A program made the translations under genes and the position numbers. Source: an uncultured Planctomycetaceae bacterium (GTDB lineage: Bacteria; Planctomycetota; Planctomycetia; Planctomycetales; Planctomycetaceae). Taken from it: a stretch of DNA of 64,000 bases. Positions 31,440-43,314 of this stretch are shown piece by piece. The notes beneath the pieces were generated by a model. That model did not search any database, had not been told where the DNA came from, and saw only the letters and a list, made by a program, of their open reading frames with translations. Each line of letters begins with the position of its first letter. Within the stretch, counting starts at the first letter, position 1. The stretch spans positions 1,056,001 through 1,120,000 of the forward strand of contig CAWFAK010000017.1 of the NCBI GenBank assembly GCA_963813715.1, given 5' to 3'.

Positions 31440-32403
31440 ATGGCTAGCGAGTCGGTCATTGAAATCAGCAATCTGACGAAAATCTATCGCGACTTCTGGG
31501 GCCGCCCCAAGGTGCGGGCCCTCAACTCGCTGAGCCTGGACGTCCATCGCGGCGAAGTCTTCGGACTGCTCGGCCCCAACGGGTCCGGCAAGACGACGAC
31601 GATGAAGCTGCTCCTGGGGCTCTTGTTCCCCACCGAGGGCGAAATCAAGATCCTCGGCCGGCCCGCCGCCGACGTCGAAAAGAACGAGAAAATCGGCTAC
31701 CTGCCGGAAGAGTCGTACCTCTACCGCTTCTTGAACGCCGAAGAAACGCTCGACTTCTACGGGCGGCTGTTCAAGATGCCCGCCTCGCAGCGACGTGAAC
31801 GGGCCGACTCGCTGATCAAAATGGTCGGCCTGGACGGGGCCCGTCGGCGGCAATTGAAGGAATATTCCAAGGGCATGACCCGCCGTATCGGTCTCGCCCA
31901 GGCGTTGATCAACAATCCCGAACTCGTGCTGCTCGACGAGCCGACCAGCGGCCTGGACCCGATCGGCACGCGTGAAATGAAGGACCTGATCTTGCGGCTG
32001 AAGCAGGAGGGAAAAACGGTCGTCATGTGCAGCCACCAGCTGGCTGACGTGCAGGACGTTTGCGACCGGATCGCCATCCTCTACGCGGGTGAACTGAAGG
32101 TCTCGGGAAAAGTCGACGAGCTGCTGCAGGAGCAAGAACGAGACGCAAGTGCTCACGACGCGGCTCAGCGACAATGTGATCAAAGAGATCGAACAAGTCG
32201 TCGCCCGCAACGGCGGCCAGGTGCACAAAGTCGATCACCCGGCCGTTACCCTCGAAGATCTCTTCTTGCGGATCGTCAAGCAGAGCCAGGAGCGTCCCGG
32301 TCAGCGGTTCACCACGGACGCAGCGGCCCCCACGCGGCCGACCGACGGTGCCAAAACCGGGGCTCCGGCCCGTGAACCGGCTGCTGCCGGCGAGCAACAC
32401 TGA
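31440..32403 (+). CDS. ABC transporter ATP-binding protein; frameshift near 32145
   Basis: [31 protein letters not shown]-terminal TLEDLFL in ORF 32149..32403. Confidence 0.9.
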
Positions 32404-32520
32404 TCCCCCCCACGATTGGGGCATCCCGAACCCGATTGAACAAACGGCCGGAGCGCCGGCACCCTCTCAAACTCTTGGATTCTTCGAGCGCTCACCACGC
32501 TCGGTCCTTATCGGTGGTGT

Positions 32521-34161
32521 ATGTCATTTGACCCTCTTCCGTTCGATGTTCTTCAGGGCGTCAGCACCTGGCTCAAGGTGATGATTGCCATCGTGGGGCT
32601 CGTGCTTGTCGTGTCGATCGCGGGCTCACTCGGTCTTGGACTGAGCGGTCCGGTTCGCGTGTTCAAGCAGCTCTTTAGCGCCATTCGCGACATTTCCGAA
32701 ATCTCCCTGCGGCGCGTCTGGGCGCTCGCCGCGCTGACCGCCCGCGAAGCCATCCGCCGCAAAGCGCTGTTGGTGTTCGGGCTCTTTGCCCTGCTCTTCA
32801 TGTTCGGCTCCTGGTTCCTCTCCGGGGGCGGCGAAAAGGCCGACATCCAGATTCAGCGGCACGTCGTCTTCGTCTTTACGGTAATCACCTGGCTCGTGCT
32901 TCCCGTTGTGCTGATGCTGGCCTGCTGGGGCATTCCCGAAGACATCAAGGCCCGCTCGATGCATACCGTCGTGACCAAGCCGGTGCGTCGCGTCGAAATT
33001 GTGCTCGGGCGAATGCTGGGCTTCGGCATGATCACGACCCTCGTGGTCGCCGTGATGGCGATTGCCGGCTTCATCTGGATCGATCGCCAGGTTTCGGATG
33101 AGGCCCACGGCCAGCTCGTTTGCAAAGTGCCGATCTACGGCAAGCTGTCCTTCCTCGACCGGCAGGGCAATCCAGCGTCGAGCGGCATCAACGTCGGCGA
33201 CGTCTGGACGTTCCGCTCTTATATCGAGGGGTCGACGAAGGCGGCGGCCATTTGGGACTTCGACCGCTTAAGCGAAGCCTCGGCCATGCCCCTTCCGCCG
33301 GCCAAAGACGGTTCCGAACAGCGCGGATTGCGAGTCCAAACCGGCTTTGAATCCTTCCGGACCCACAAGGGCCTAATCGGCAGCGGCCTGTTGTGCCAGC
33401 TCACGCTGGTCAACCCGACCACGAACCTCCGCGTTCCCCTGCCCGCCTTCGAGGTGGCCGAATATCGGGGAGACGCAAACGTCACCCCGCTGCCCGCCAT
33501 GCTGACCTATTACGACAGCGAAGCCCGCAAGAACAAGACGGCCGACCTGTTCAAGGACATCGTCTCCGACGGCCGACTGAAGATCGAAGCCCGCTGCCTC
33601 AACGGTGAGCAATTTCTCGGCATGGCCCGGCCGGACCTGTTCATTCGCACGGCCGACCGGCCGTTCGCCGTCGGCTACTTCAAGGCAGTCGTCGGCGTGT
33701 GGCTCGAAGCGCTCATCGTGGTGATGATCGGCGTGGCGGCCAGCTGCTTCCTCAAGGGGCCCGTTGCCACCTTGATGACGTTCGCGATGCTGATCGTCGG
33801 CGTGTCGTTCCGCGGCATGGTCGATAAGATCGTCTCGGGCGACCAGCTTGGTGGCGGGCCGACCGAGTCCATTTACCGCATGGTCACGCACTTGAACCAG
33901 ACGGTCGACATGGACCTCAGCAAGACCGTGACCGGCACGATCAAGTGGACCGACTGGCTCGCCCAGCAAGGGATCTGGCTGGTGCAGCAAACGTTTCCGA
34001 ACTTTAGCTACTTCAGCATGTCGGCGTACGTAGCCAAGGGCTTCGATGTCGACTTCCGGGCGGCGATTCTGCCCAGCATCGCCGTAGCGCTCGCTTATCT
34101 CATCCCATGCGTGCTGTTGGGCTACTTTGCCCTGAAGCTGCGGGAGCTGGAATCCAAATGA
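32521..34161 (+). CDS. ABC transporter permease with a large extracytoplasmic loop
   Basis: Multiple TMs; IPEDIKARSMHTVVTKPVRRVEIVLGR. Confidence 0.8.
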   Translation: MSFDPLPFDVLQGVSTWLKVMIAIVGLVLVVSIAGSLGLGLSGPVRVFKQLFSAIRDISEISLRRVWALAALTAREAIRRKALLVFGLFALLFMFGSWFLSGGGEKADIQIQRHVVFVFTVITWLVLPVVLMLACWGIPEDIKARSMHTVVTKPVRRVEIVLGRMLGFGMITTLVVAVMAIAGFIWIDRQVSDEAHGQLVCKVPIYGKLSFLDRQGNPASSGINVGDVWTFRSYIEGSTKAAAIWDFDRLSEASAMPLPPAKDGSEQRGLRVQTGFESFRTHKGLIGSGLLCQLTLVNPTTNLRVPLPAFEVAEYRGDANVTPLPAMLTYYDSEARKNKTADLFKDIVSDGRLKIEARCLNGEQFLGMARPDLFIRTADRPFAVGYFKAVVGVWLEALIVVMIGVAASCFLKGPVATLMTFAMLIVGVSFRGMVDKIVSGDQLGGGPTESIYRMVTHLNQTVDMDLSKTVTGTIKWTDWLAQQGIWLVQQTFPNFSYFSMSAYVAKGFDVDFRAAILPSIAVALAYLIPCVLLGYFALKLRELESK

Positions 34162-35495
34162 ACCGACTGACTTCTCGGCAGCGGAAGCTGGTTTACCTCG
34201 GCGTCATCGTCGTGCTCTTGGTCCCCATCATCATCCTGGGGCGCCCCGCCTCGGGCACGGGTTCGTCGCGCGATCAGGGCGTTTTGGCCCAGCTTCGCAC
34301 CAAGTACGACCTCGGCGAAAACCAGCTCGGCCAGGTCGACCCGACCAGCTCGGCGATGAATCTGGTTCTGCTCGGCTTTCGCGGCATCGCGGCCGACCTG
34401 CTCTGGTCGCAGGCTGACGAAAACGAACAGACGAAAAACTGGGCCGAACTGAAGGCCAACGTCGACGCCATCATCATGTTGCAACCGCACTTTGTGCGGG
34501 TGTGGCAGTTCCAGGGTTGGAACCTCGCCTACAACGTTTCGGCCGCGTGGGACCTGGTGGCCGACCGCTTTTTCTGGGTCAAAGAGGGGGCGAAGTTCCT
34601 CAAGAAGGGACGCGCAATCAACGAAAAGGTCGCCCAGATCCCGTACGAAGAGGGACGCGTGCTGGGAACGAAGATCGGCCGCGCCGATGAATGGAAATAC
34701 TACCGGAAATTCTTCCGCAACGATCCGAATACGGAACTGTATAAGGGCGGCCCGGACAAAGATGTGAATCCGAAGGGGACCGACAACTACCTGGCCGCCA
34801 AGGACGTCTACCTGATCGCCAACGACCTGCAGGCGAAGTATCCGCAGTCGATCTCGATGCTCGACGTGCTCTTCCGCAGCTATCCGTACCGATCGCAATT
34901 GAACGAAGCCGACGCGCTGCAGCGCGAGGGGCATTTCGACGACGCCTCCAAGAACGCATGGGACGAAGGCTATCGCGAGTGGGTCGAAAAGTTCGGCCAG
35001 GAGAAATTCTTCGGGCCGGGGCAGATCGAGTACCACCTCGAAATGCAGCCGCGCGACGTTCAGGAAGCGTCCGCCGCCCAGAACACCGATCCCGACGAAT
35101 TCGAGCACTGGGTGATGCGGATGCAGAATGAGACCCGCTACCCGTATTGGAAGTTCCGGTCGCAGGCGGAGTCGGCCCAGTTGATGGTCGACGCTCACAA
35201 GCTGATTTACGACGGCGAAAAGCTGTTCGTGCAGGGCAAACTGCCGCAGGCCAAAGACATGCTCTTCCGCGGCATGACTCTCTACGAGCAGTTGTTCAAC
35301 AAGTACCCGGTGCTGGCCACGGACGACGAAGCCCTCGAAGAAGCGATCACGGCCGTCTATTATTGGCAGCGAATCCTCAAGCTGGAGTTCAAGCCGGTGC
35401 AAGCCCAGTATCCCCTGGCGGTCACCTACGAGAACCATAAGGGGATGCTTCCCCAGATCGAATCCCGCTTCAAGCGGGAAACGGGCCAGGACTGA
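34158..35495 (+). CDS. Membrane-anchored helical hypothetical protein coupled to the ABC permease
   Basis: ATGA overlap with the permease stop; N-terminal TM; LLGFRGIAADLLW and QPHFVRVWQFQGWNLAYNVS. Confidence 0.7.
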   Translation: MNRLTSRQRKLVYLGVIVVLLVPIIILGRPASGTGSSRDQGVLAQLRTKYDLGENQLGQVDPTSSAMNLVLLGFRGIAADLLWSQADENEQTKNWAELKANVDAIIMLQPHFVRVWQFQGWNLAYNVSAAWDLVADRFFWVKEGAKFLKKGRAINEKVAQIPYEEGRVLGTKIGRADEWKYYRKFFRNDPNTELYKGGPDKDVNPKGTDNYLAAKDVYLIANDLQAKYPQSISMLDVLFRSYPYRSQLNEADALQREGHFDDASKNAWDEGYREWVEKFGQEKFFGPGQIEYHLEMQPRDVQEASAAQNTDPDEFEHWVMRMQNETRYPYWKFRSQAESAQLMVDAHKLIYDGEKLFVQGKLPQAKDMLFRGMTLYEQLFNKYPVLATDDEALEEAITAVYYWQRILKLEFKPVQAQYPLAVTYENHKGMLPQIESRFKRETGQD

Positions 35496-35497
35496 CT

Positions 35498-35953
35498 TTG
35501 CGAACGGCAATTGCGGAGCGGCAGCCGCCTGGAGGCGGAATTATCACCAGTCAGCCTGAACTCGACCTGTCCGCCGCACGACGCAATGCGGCGATTCGCC
35601 AGGCTTGCCTGTGTGCCAAGATCGCGGACGAATATCGCGGCCGCGATACGGTCGTGCTCGACCTGACCGCCGTCACGCCGATCTTCGACTTCTTCGTGCT
35701 GAGCACGGCCGGCAGCCCGCGACAGATGCGGGCCATTGCCGACGAGGTCCACCGCGTCCTCTCCGCGGAAGGCTCTAAGAGTTTGGGGACCGAGGGAACC
35801 GAGTCGGCCACCTGGTTGCTCCAGGACTACGGCGACATTGTCCTGCACGTCTTCACGCCGGCAGCAAGATCGCTGTATGATCTGGAGCACTTGTGGGCCG
35901 ACGCGGTCCGAGTCGACTGGCAGGGCTATCTCGACAGCTCGAAAACGGCATGA
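35498..35953 (+). CDS. rsfS: Ribosome silencing factor
   Basis: VVLDL, DFFVLST, RQMRAIADEV, WLLQDYGDIVLHVF, RSLYDLEHLWAD. Confidence 0.95.
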   Translation: MRTAIAERQPPGGGIITSQPELDLSAARRNAAIRQACLCAKIADEYRGRDTVVLDLTAVTPIFDFFVLSTAGSPRQMRAIADEVHRVLSAEGSKSLGTEGTESATWLLQDYGDIVLHVFTPAARSLYDLEHLWADAVRVDWQGYLDSSKTA

Positions 35954-37684
35954 ATTTGCTCGCTCTCTTCCGGCGCCGCTTCGCCGCCGCCTTGTCGCCG
36001 CTTTCTGACGAGGCCCCCGAGCTGGCCAACCTCGTCAAAGCCGTCCAGGACCCGAAATTCGGCGATTACCAGGCCAACTGCGCGATGCCGTTGGCCAAGA
36101 AGCTGGGCGAGCCTCCACGCAAAGTGGCCGAACGCATCCTGGCAAACCTGGACGTGGCCGACTGCTGCGAGCCGCCGCAAATCGCCGGCCCGGGCTTCAT
36201 CAATCTCACGCTGACGACGGCCTGGCTCGAGCGGGCGCTCGGAGAATTGGTAACCGACGAGCGCCTGGGCATGCCGCTCACCGACATGCCCAGGCACGTG
36301 ATCATCGATTTCTCCTCCCCCAACGTCGCCAAGCCCATGCACGTGGGACATCTCCGTAGCACGGTGCTCGGAGCGGCCCTTTATCGCCTGTTCCGCTTCG
36401 CCGGCCACGACGTGCAGAGCGACAACCACATCGGCGACTGGGGCACGCAGTTCGGCATGATCCTCTACGGCTACAAGCATCTCCTCGACCGCGAATCGTT
36501 TGCCCGCGACCCGGTCGGCGAGCTGGCGCGGTTGTATCGCGAGGTCAATCGAATCGGCGAGGAAGACCCGAACGTCGCCCGCGGAGCCCGAGACGAGACG
36601 GCGCGGCTGCATGCTTTCGACAGCGAGAATGTCGCGCTCTGGCGGGAGTTCGTGCAGCTCTGTCAAAAAGCGCTCGATGCGATGTACGAGCGACTGGCAA
36701 TTACGTTCGACATGACGCTGGGAGAAAGCGCCTACCACGACATGCTCCCCGGCGTCGTAGGTTCACTCGAAGAGCGAGGCATTGCCCAGGTGAGCGAAGG
36801 CGCGCTCTGCGTCTTCGTCGAAGAGAATGCAGCCCCGTTCATTGTCCGCAAGAGCGACGGCGCCTTTACCTACGCGACGACCGACCTGGCCACCATTCGC
36901 TACCGGGCTGAAACGCTCAAGGGACAGGAGTTCCTCTACGTTGTCGACGCCCGGCAGGCCGAGCATTTTCGCATGCTCTTCGCCACCGCGCGGCTCTGGG
37001 GCTACGATCAGCTCGATTTGCGTCACGTCAGTTTCGGCACGATTCTGGGCGAAGACAAACGCCCCTTCCGGACCCGCTCGGGAGACACCGTCGGCCTCGA
37101 GAGCCTGCTTAATGAGTCCGTCACGCGGGCGCGCAAGATCGTCGATGACAACGACGACTCCAAAGACACGCCCGAGCTCGACCAGCAGACTCGCGCGGTT
37201 GTCGCCGAGACCGTGGGCATCGGCGGAATCAAGTACGCGGACCTCCGCCACAACCGCGACAGCGATTACGTCTTCTCGTGGGACAAGATGCTGGCCGTCA
37301 CCGGGGACACCGCAACCTACATTCAGTATTCCTACGCGCGGATCTGCGGCATCTTCCGCAAGGGAGGCATCGATCGCCAGGCACTCCGCCGCCACGACGC
37401 CGGCCATCCACCTGCGCTCTCCGGCCGAACGCCGGCTAGCCGTGCTTCTCTTGCGGTTCCCCGAAAGCATCGAGGCGGCGATCGAGGACTGCCGGCCGCA
37501 CTTCGTGACACAATACGTGTTTACGCTGGCCGACGCCTTCACGAAGTTCTACGAAGAGTGCCAGGTGCTGAAGGAGACGGACGAGTCGCTGCGTCAAAGC
37601 CGCCTCGTCCTTTGCGATCTGGTCGCGCGGATGCTCAAAAAGGGGCTCTGGCTTTTGGGCATCGACACGTGCGAGCAGATGTAA
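35950..37684 (+). CDS. argS: Arginine--tRNA ligase; frameshift near 37400
   Basis: FGDYQAN, AGPGFIN, DFSSPNVAKPMHVGHLRST, NHIGDWGTQFG, YIQYSYAR; C-terminal LLGIDTCEQM in the second frame. Confidence 0.95.
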
Positions 37685-37738
37685 GCTGAATCGGCGGCCC
37701 GCGCCGTTTGCAGAGGTGCGGCGAAATTGCTCGCGAGC

Positions 37739-38800
37739 TTATTTGCTCGTGTGGTGGACCTGGCGGCCGAAGATCATGCGGCCGGCGCTACTTTGCAGCA
37801 TACTCGTCACGATGATGTCAATGTCCTGATTGAGCAGGTGGCTTGCCTGCTCGCACACAACCATCGTCCCATCGTCGAGGTAGCCGATACCCTGTCCGGC
37901 CGCTTCGCCTTCCTTCAGGATGCGGATACGGAGCCGTTCGCCCGGCAGGTAGCGGGGCTTGAGGGCGTTGGCGACGTCGTTGAGGTTGATGACCTCGACC
38001 CCCTGCACGCCGGCCACCTTGCTGAGGTTGAAATCGTTGGTGACGACGCGGCCGCCGATCCGCTTGGCGACTTCGACCAGCCGCTGATCGACGGACAGGC
38101 CCTGCGGGTCGTCCCCGCTGTTTTCGCGAACGCGCACGTCGGCGTGAGGACTGCTTTGCAGTTTGCTCAGCACCTCGAGTCCCCGCCGTCCGCGAGTCCG
38201 CCGCATGCGATCGGCACTGTCGGCGACTTCCTGGACTTCGCGGAGCACGAACTGCGGCACGACCAACTGCGAGTCGATGATCCGCGTTTCGACGAGGTCG
38301 GCGATCCGGCCGTCGATCAGCGCGCTCGAGTCGATCACCAGCGGGCGGTTGCCCTTCAGATCACGAGAAAACTCGACGTACGGAATCAGGAAGCGAAAAT
38401 CGTCCTTGGTCTGCAGCAGGAATGACGTGCAGGCGTATGGAACCGACAAAAACAGGATCATCTCGATGATCCGAATGTAATACGGATCGACCATCAGACC
38501 GGTCAAAACGGGATCGAGCACGCGCACCAGCAGATAAACCAGGAGCACGCCCACCACCAGGCCGAAGTAGATCGACGAGATGATTTCGATCCGCTTTTTG
38601 ACGACCAAGACGTCAATCAGTGGCACGATCTGACTGACCAGAAACAGCACGCAGAAGGCGACGATCGGGTGCTGATCGACGAACCAGGGAGCCCCGACAC
38701 TGGGCCGCAAGAGAGCGACGATCACCCACACGCAAATCAGGGCGTAGACGAAGCGCACGGCGAAGAGAAGTGGGCTGGGGCGGCGCAAAGTCGGCGTCAT
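37739..38800 (-). CDS. Membrane PIN/TRAM-domain protein (YacL family)
   Basis: Four TMs, IDSSALIDGRI, RGRRGLEVL, TNDFNL, QGIGYLDDGTMVV, QSSAGRMIF. Confidence 0.9.
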   Translation of the reverse strand: MTPTLRRPSPLLFAVRFVYALICVWVIVALLRPSVGAPWFVDQHPIVAFCVLFLVSQIVPLIDVLVVKKRIEIISSIYFGLVVGVLLVYLLVRVLDPVLTGLMVDPYYIRIIEMILFLSVPYACTSFLLQTKDDFRFLIPYVEFSRDLKGNRPLVIDSSALIDGRIADLVETRIIDSQLVVPQFVLREVQEVADSADRMRRTRGRRGLEVLSKLQSSPHADVRVRENSGDDPQGLSVDQRLVEVAKRIGGRVVTNDFNLSKVAGVQGVEVINLNDVANALKPRYLPGERLRIRILKEGEAAGQGIGYLDDGTMVVCEQASHLLNQDIDIIVTSMLQSSAGRMIFGRQVHHTSK

Positions 38801-38988
38801 GAAGAGTTCGGATTCCGGCGGGGTTGAGGAGCGTGTGTGGGCTCGAGAGGTCGAGTGCTCGCCATCATAGGAGAGGCGCGGGGGGATTGCTATACGGTAA
38901 TCTACGCACTCTGGGGCGATTTCTCGCCAGCGTGAATCGCCGATAAAGTCGTAACGATCCTGCCGAATTTACCGGCGACGGATGGGGG

Positions 38989-39495
38989 TCATTCGCCTGT
39001 GGCCGAGTCCGATTTCAGCATCGCGTAGAGCGCCTCGAGCGATTGAGAAATCACGCGCACGTCGTCGATCACGGACATGAAGTTTGTGTCGCCGTTCCAG
39101 CGCGGCACCAAGTGCCAATGCAGGTGGCCCGGGAGACCAGCGCCCGCCGCCCGTCCGAGATTGAGACCAATATTGAAGCCGTGGGGCTGCAAGAGGCGGG
39201 CGTAAACGCCGGTGAGCCGCCGCAACTCGTGCTGACATTCCAAGAGTTCGCCGTCGTCGAGTTCATCGAGCGTGCCCTTGTGGGCCAGTGGCGCCACCAG
39301 CACGTGGCCGTTGTTGTAGGGAAAGCGGTTGAGCACGGTGATCGTGTGCTCGCCGCGGCTCACGACAAAGTTCTCCGCGTCGCGGGCTTCCTCGCGATAG
39401 CGGCAGAGAAAGCATCCCTCGGCCGTCGGCTCGCTGTCTTTCGCGCCGGCCACATAGGCCAGGCGCCAGGGTGCCCAGAGACGTTCGTGCGACAC
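38989..39495 (-). CDS. HIT-family (Ap4A phosphorylase-like) protein
   Basis: LWAPWR, CFLC, LNRFPYNNGH, HLHWHLVPRW.GDTNF. Confidence 0.9.
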   Translation of the reverse strand: MSHERLWAPWRLAYVAGAKDSEPTAEGCFLCRYREEARDAENFVVSRGEHTITVLNRFPYNNGHVLVAPLAHKGTLDELDDGELLECQHELRRLTGVYARLLQPHGFNIGLNLGRAAGAGLPGHLHWHLVPRWNGDTNFMSVIDDVRVISQSLEALYAMLKSDSATGE

Positions 39496-39500
39496 GCGAG

Positions 39501-40503
39501 TTAGCCTTGCTGCTTCGTTCGACGGAACTGCCCAACGGCCGCCCAAGCGTTGCGGAACAGTTCCCCGCTGACGAGTTGCGACGTCCACGTGGGCCGAGCG
39601 GTCGCAAAGTTGGTCCAGACTGCCTGGCGATAGGGGGCCGAGGTCTCCCGCACGAGGGAATAGAATCCCTGCTCGCGAACCGCCCGCAGCCCCGCCGCAT
39701 AATGACCGAGGACCTTGCGATTGAACAGACCGCCGGCCACCTGCACGCCGGTGAGTGTCCCGTTTGCCACTGCACCGACCTTCTGCAGCATGTTCATGGT
39801 CAGCGCGCCGGAGACGCCCAACAGGCTGACGTTCTCGCGCGCGGCGATCGCCCGCATCTCGTTCCACTGCTCGGCCAGTTCCTGCTGCGGCAAGAGCGCG
39901 GTTAGGTCGGCCGTCTTGATTTTCTCGACGCTCGACTTGAGCTCGGCAAGCGACAACGGAGGGGTAGCGATCATTGTGGCCGTCTCGCCTGTGGCCGAAC
40001 GAATCGCGTCGAACGAGATCCTCCACTCGATTAATGGTCGAGTCCGGGCGGATCAGCCCTCGTTGACGCAACTCGGCCGCCAGCTCGTTGAGATAGACCT
40101 TCGAGCCATAGGCCACGTCGCTGACGACGGCAAATACCCAAATGGGAGACAGATGCAGCGTCGCCAGGCCAGCCAGATCGACGAAGTTGCCGACGGCCTT
40201 GCGGGCCAGAAAATTATCGACGTTCGGGGCCTCGCCGGGTCGAGCTTGCTGCTCGACCCCGCCGATGTCCTCGGTCAAAAAGTTGAGCGAGCTGGCGATG
40301 ACCAGCTCATAAACTTTCGAGCTTTGGAAGGCTTGGGGAACCAGCGCATGGGCCGCCTCGCGGGCCGCGCCGGCTGTGACGCCCACCGTGCTGCGGACGA
40401 CGCGCTCGGGCAGGCTGAGTGTGTACAGCAGAAACCGCGACAACCCGGCCTCCGGTTCGCCGGACGGGTTTTCGGCAACGTTTGGCGCGGTGGGAGCCGA
40501 CAT
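39501..40503 (-). CDS. Conserved hypothetical protein; frameshift near 40010
   Basis: N-terminal part LLYTLSLPER...HLSPIWVFAVVSDVAYGSK joins ORF 39501..39974 (TPPLSLAELK...). Confidence 0.65.
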
Positions 40504-40701
40504 CAGAGTCTCTCTGAGGGGAACTTATCCCCGACGCCAACCGAATTCCCGGGGAATTTGGCTCGGGCACGGCTTCGGCGTCAGGCAATGCGCAGTAGAA
40601 TACCAGACCCCCGCATTTTGGCGAGATCGGCCCTTGCGGCCGGCTGCGCGGGGCATTTAGAGTAGAATTTGCGGGTCGATTCGCTCGCGGAGGGTCCGGA
40701 A

Positions 40702-41237
40702 TTGACGACCAAGAACTCGATGGCGCTGGCGATGATTGTGCCGGCCGTTCCTGCGGCGCTGCTCGGCTTTTTTCTCGTCACGAGCTTCTTGAGGCAGCTC
40801 GATCCACTGCAGAAGCAGGGGACGATGTACGTCGCACTGTACGGCACCACTTTGGCCGCCTGTGCTGCCGTGCTCTTTTTGCCGCTGGCCGTGCTGATCT
40901 TCGGGCCCCGTTCGGCCAAGGCGCCAGCAGCTCCCAAGGGCGCGGCTGACAAAGGCGGCTCCCAAGAGCGGCACCGTCCCGGCGACCGGCGAGGAAGAAT
41001 CCGTTGGCTGACGAGTCGGCCGAATCGCTGGGCGATAAAGAGTCGGCGGCGGCCACTGCCGGGCACGGCATGTCGACGGGCGAGTTGGAGGTCGTCGAAC
41101 CGACCCCCTCGATGGACAACATCGCCGCCTACGACGATGAAGTCCTGCCCCCCTCCGGCGAAATGCCCGCGTTCGAAGAGGAAGAGTTCGCGTTCGACGA
41201 AGAAGAGCCGGAACCGCCGAAGAAAAAGAAGAAGTAA
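40702..41237 (+). CDS. Two-TM membrane protein with an acidic tail ending in a Lys run; frameshift near 40970
   Basis: GGAGG RBS with TTG start; two hydrophobic helices; tail FEEEEFAFDEEEPEPPKKKKK. Confidence 0.6.
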
Positions 41238-41324
41238 GCGTCGGAGCGCGGACGGGCCGCCTCACGCAGGCTGAATTCATTCGGTCATTCTCTCGTCCTT
41301 CGGGCTTCGTTATTCGCTCAGCAC

Positions 41325-42182
41325 TCAGCTGCTCGCGCTACGATACGCGCGGAGCGACGAGCGAAAGACGGCCCGCGAAATCACCAGCCCCAGCGCGGCC
41401 GCCGCCAACGCCACCAGCGTGAGCCAGGACGGCGTGAGGACTTTTGCCAAAAGCACGCGGGACGGCACGGTGACGACGAGCAGAATCGGAATCATGAACG
41501 AGAACGTGAACTGCAGCGCGTCGCCCGCCAGCGAGCCGCTATAAATCTCGCGCGGATAGCGGGCAAAGATGATGATGTAGAACCAGAAGTCGTAGAGCCC
41601 GGTGTTGCGGCCGAACCACACGCTCGTTGAGGCCAGCATGAGCATCAGGCTGTAAAAAAACGCGACCCCGACCGCCACAAACAGCACGTACATCGCCACG
41701 CGGACCGGATCGATCGGCCCGCCGATGCGAACCAGGGCGTATCCTAAGAGCCCCAGGGCCAGCAGTGCCTGGTTCAGCATCGCCAGCTCCATCTTCTCGA
41801 ACGAGATCAGGAACTGCGGGTCGATTGGCTTCAACAGCACGAAATCGAGATTCCCGGTCCGAATGAGTTCACTGAAGTTGGCGCAGTTGGGCATGAAGAA
41901 CGTTTCGACTAGCGAGTTGATCAGCATGCCGGTGGCCAGGAACGCGAAATATTCGGGACGCGTCCAATCGTCGATGGCGTTGACCTGGCGATAAATGATC
42001 TCGAACAGCGCCACCTGCGCCACGAAATAGAAGAGCCGCGTGACGATCGTGATCAGCAGGTTGCTGCGAAACGTCATTTCGCGAACGAGCGAATTGCGAA
42101 AGAACGTCGCGAAGACGCGGAAGTAGTTGGCGCCCTTCGCAGGCTGCGGCGCGGCGACGGCCACCGACGGGTCGAGGGCCAT
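41325..42182 (-). CDS. ABC-2 family (DUF990-type) permease
   Basis: [33 protein letters not shown]-terminus. Confidence 0.85.
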   Translation of the reverse strand: MALDPSVAVAAPQPAKGANYFRVFATFFRNSLVREMTFRSNLLITIVTRLFYFVAQVALFEIIYRQVNAIDDWTRPEYFAFLATGMLINSLVETFFMPNCANFSELIRTGNLDFVLLKPIDPQFLISFEKMELAMLNQALLALGLLGYALVRIGGPIDPVRVAMYVLFVAVGVAFFYSLMLMLASTSVWFGRNTGLYDFWFYIIIFARYPREIYSGSLAGDALQFTFSFMIPILLVVTVPSRVLLAKVLTPSWLTLVALAAAALGLVISRAVFRSSLRAYRSASS

Positions 42183-42186
42183 CCCT

Positions 42187-43250
42187 TCAGTCGACGAACT
42201 CGACACCGCTATCCCCCTGCTCGATCCGGCCAATGATCGCGTGTTCGACACCGCTCGCGGCCAAGCGAGCGGTCACCGTGTTCGCCTGCCGTGCGGCGAC
42301 CACCAGCACGAAGCCGATCCCCATGTTGAAGGTCTTCCACATTTCGGCATCGGCGACCGACCCGAGCGACTCGAACCAGGAGAAAACGGCCGGCGGCGTC
42401 CACTTGCGGCGGTCGATCAGCGCCCGACACCCCTCCGGCAGGATCCGCTCGACGTTGTCGACCAGGCCGCCACCGGTGATATGGGCCATTCCGTGCACGG
42501 CCTGCTTGCGGGGCGACGCCGCCAAAACGTCGAGCACCGACCGTACGTAAATCCGGGTCGGCTCCAGCAGGGCCTCGCCGACTGTGCGGTCCAATTCGTC
42601 GATTCGATGATCGGAACTCAGCCCGGCCCGTTCGACAACTTTGCGGACCAGGCTATAGCCGTTGGAATGAAACCCGCTCGAAGTCAGGCCGATGAGTTTG
42701 TCTCCCGGCTGAATCGCCTTGCCGTCAATGAGCCGACTGCGTTCCGCCACGCCGACGCAGAAGCCGGCCATGTCGAAGTCGCCCGGCCCATAGACGCCGG
42801 GCATGATCGGCCGTCTCGCCCCCTAAAAGAGCCATCCGCGCTTCGATACACCCATCGGAGACGCCCTGCACCAGGTCGGCCAGGCGTTTAGGGTCGTCTC
42901 GATCCATGGCGATGTAATCGAGAAAGAAGAGGGGCTCCGCCCCCAGGCAGAGCACGTCGTTAACGCACATCCCGACGAGGTCGATGCCGATCGTCGAGAA
43001 GCGATTCAGAGACGCGGCCACCTTCACCTTGGTGCCGGCTCCGTCGGTGCCCGAGACGAGCACCGGATCCTTGTAGCGCCGCGGCTCGTTTCCCGCAGGC
43101 ATCGTTCAGGCGAAACAGGCCGGCAAAACCGCCGGCCAGCTCGATCACGCGGCCCGTATTCGTGCGCCGCATGAGGTCCGGCAGTTTGCCCATCGCCTCG
43201 GCATAAAGGCCCAAATCGACGCCCGCATCCTTGTAGGTGAGTTGTGCCAT
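42187..43250 (-). CDS. purM: Phosphoribosylformylglycinamidine cyclo-ligase; frameshifts near 43100 and 42810
   Basis: [60 protein letters not shown]. Confidence 0.95.
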
Positions 43251-43314
43251 GGCCGGATCATATCGAAAGAACGATCGCGAGTCTTGCCGCCGTCTGTGCA
43301 AGACGGCGGGCGGG

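Noticed and set aside
38989..40503. Apparent 504-aa hypothetical-HIT fusion
   Set aside because: Frameshift near 40010; the hypothetical gene ends at 39501 and HIT starts separately at 39495.
35950..43250. argS and purM as pseudogenes or programmed frameshift cases
   Set aside because: Motifs are intact on both sides, I saw no slippery heptamer, and similar indels occur throughout the window.
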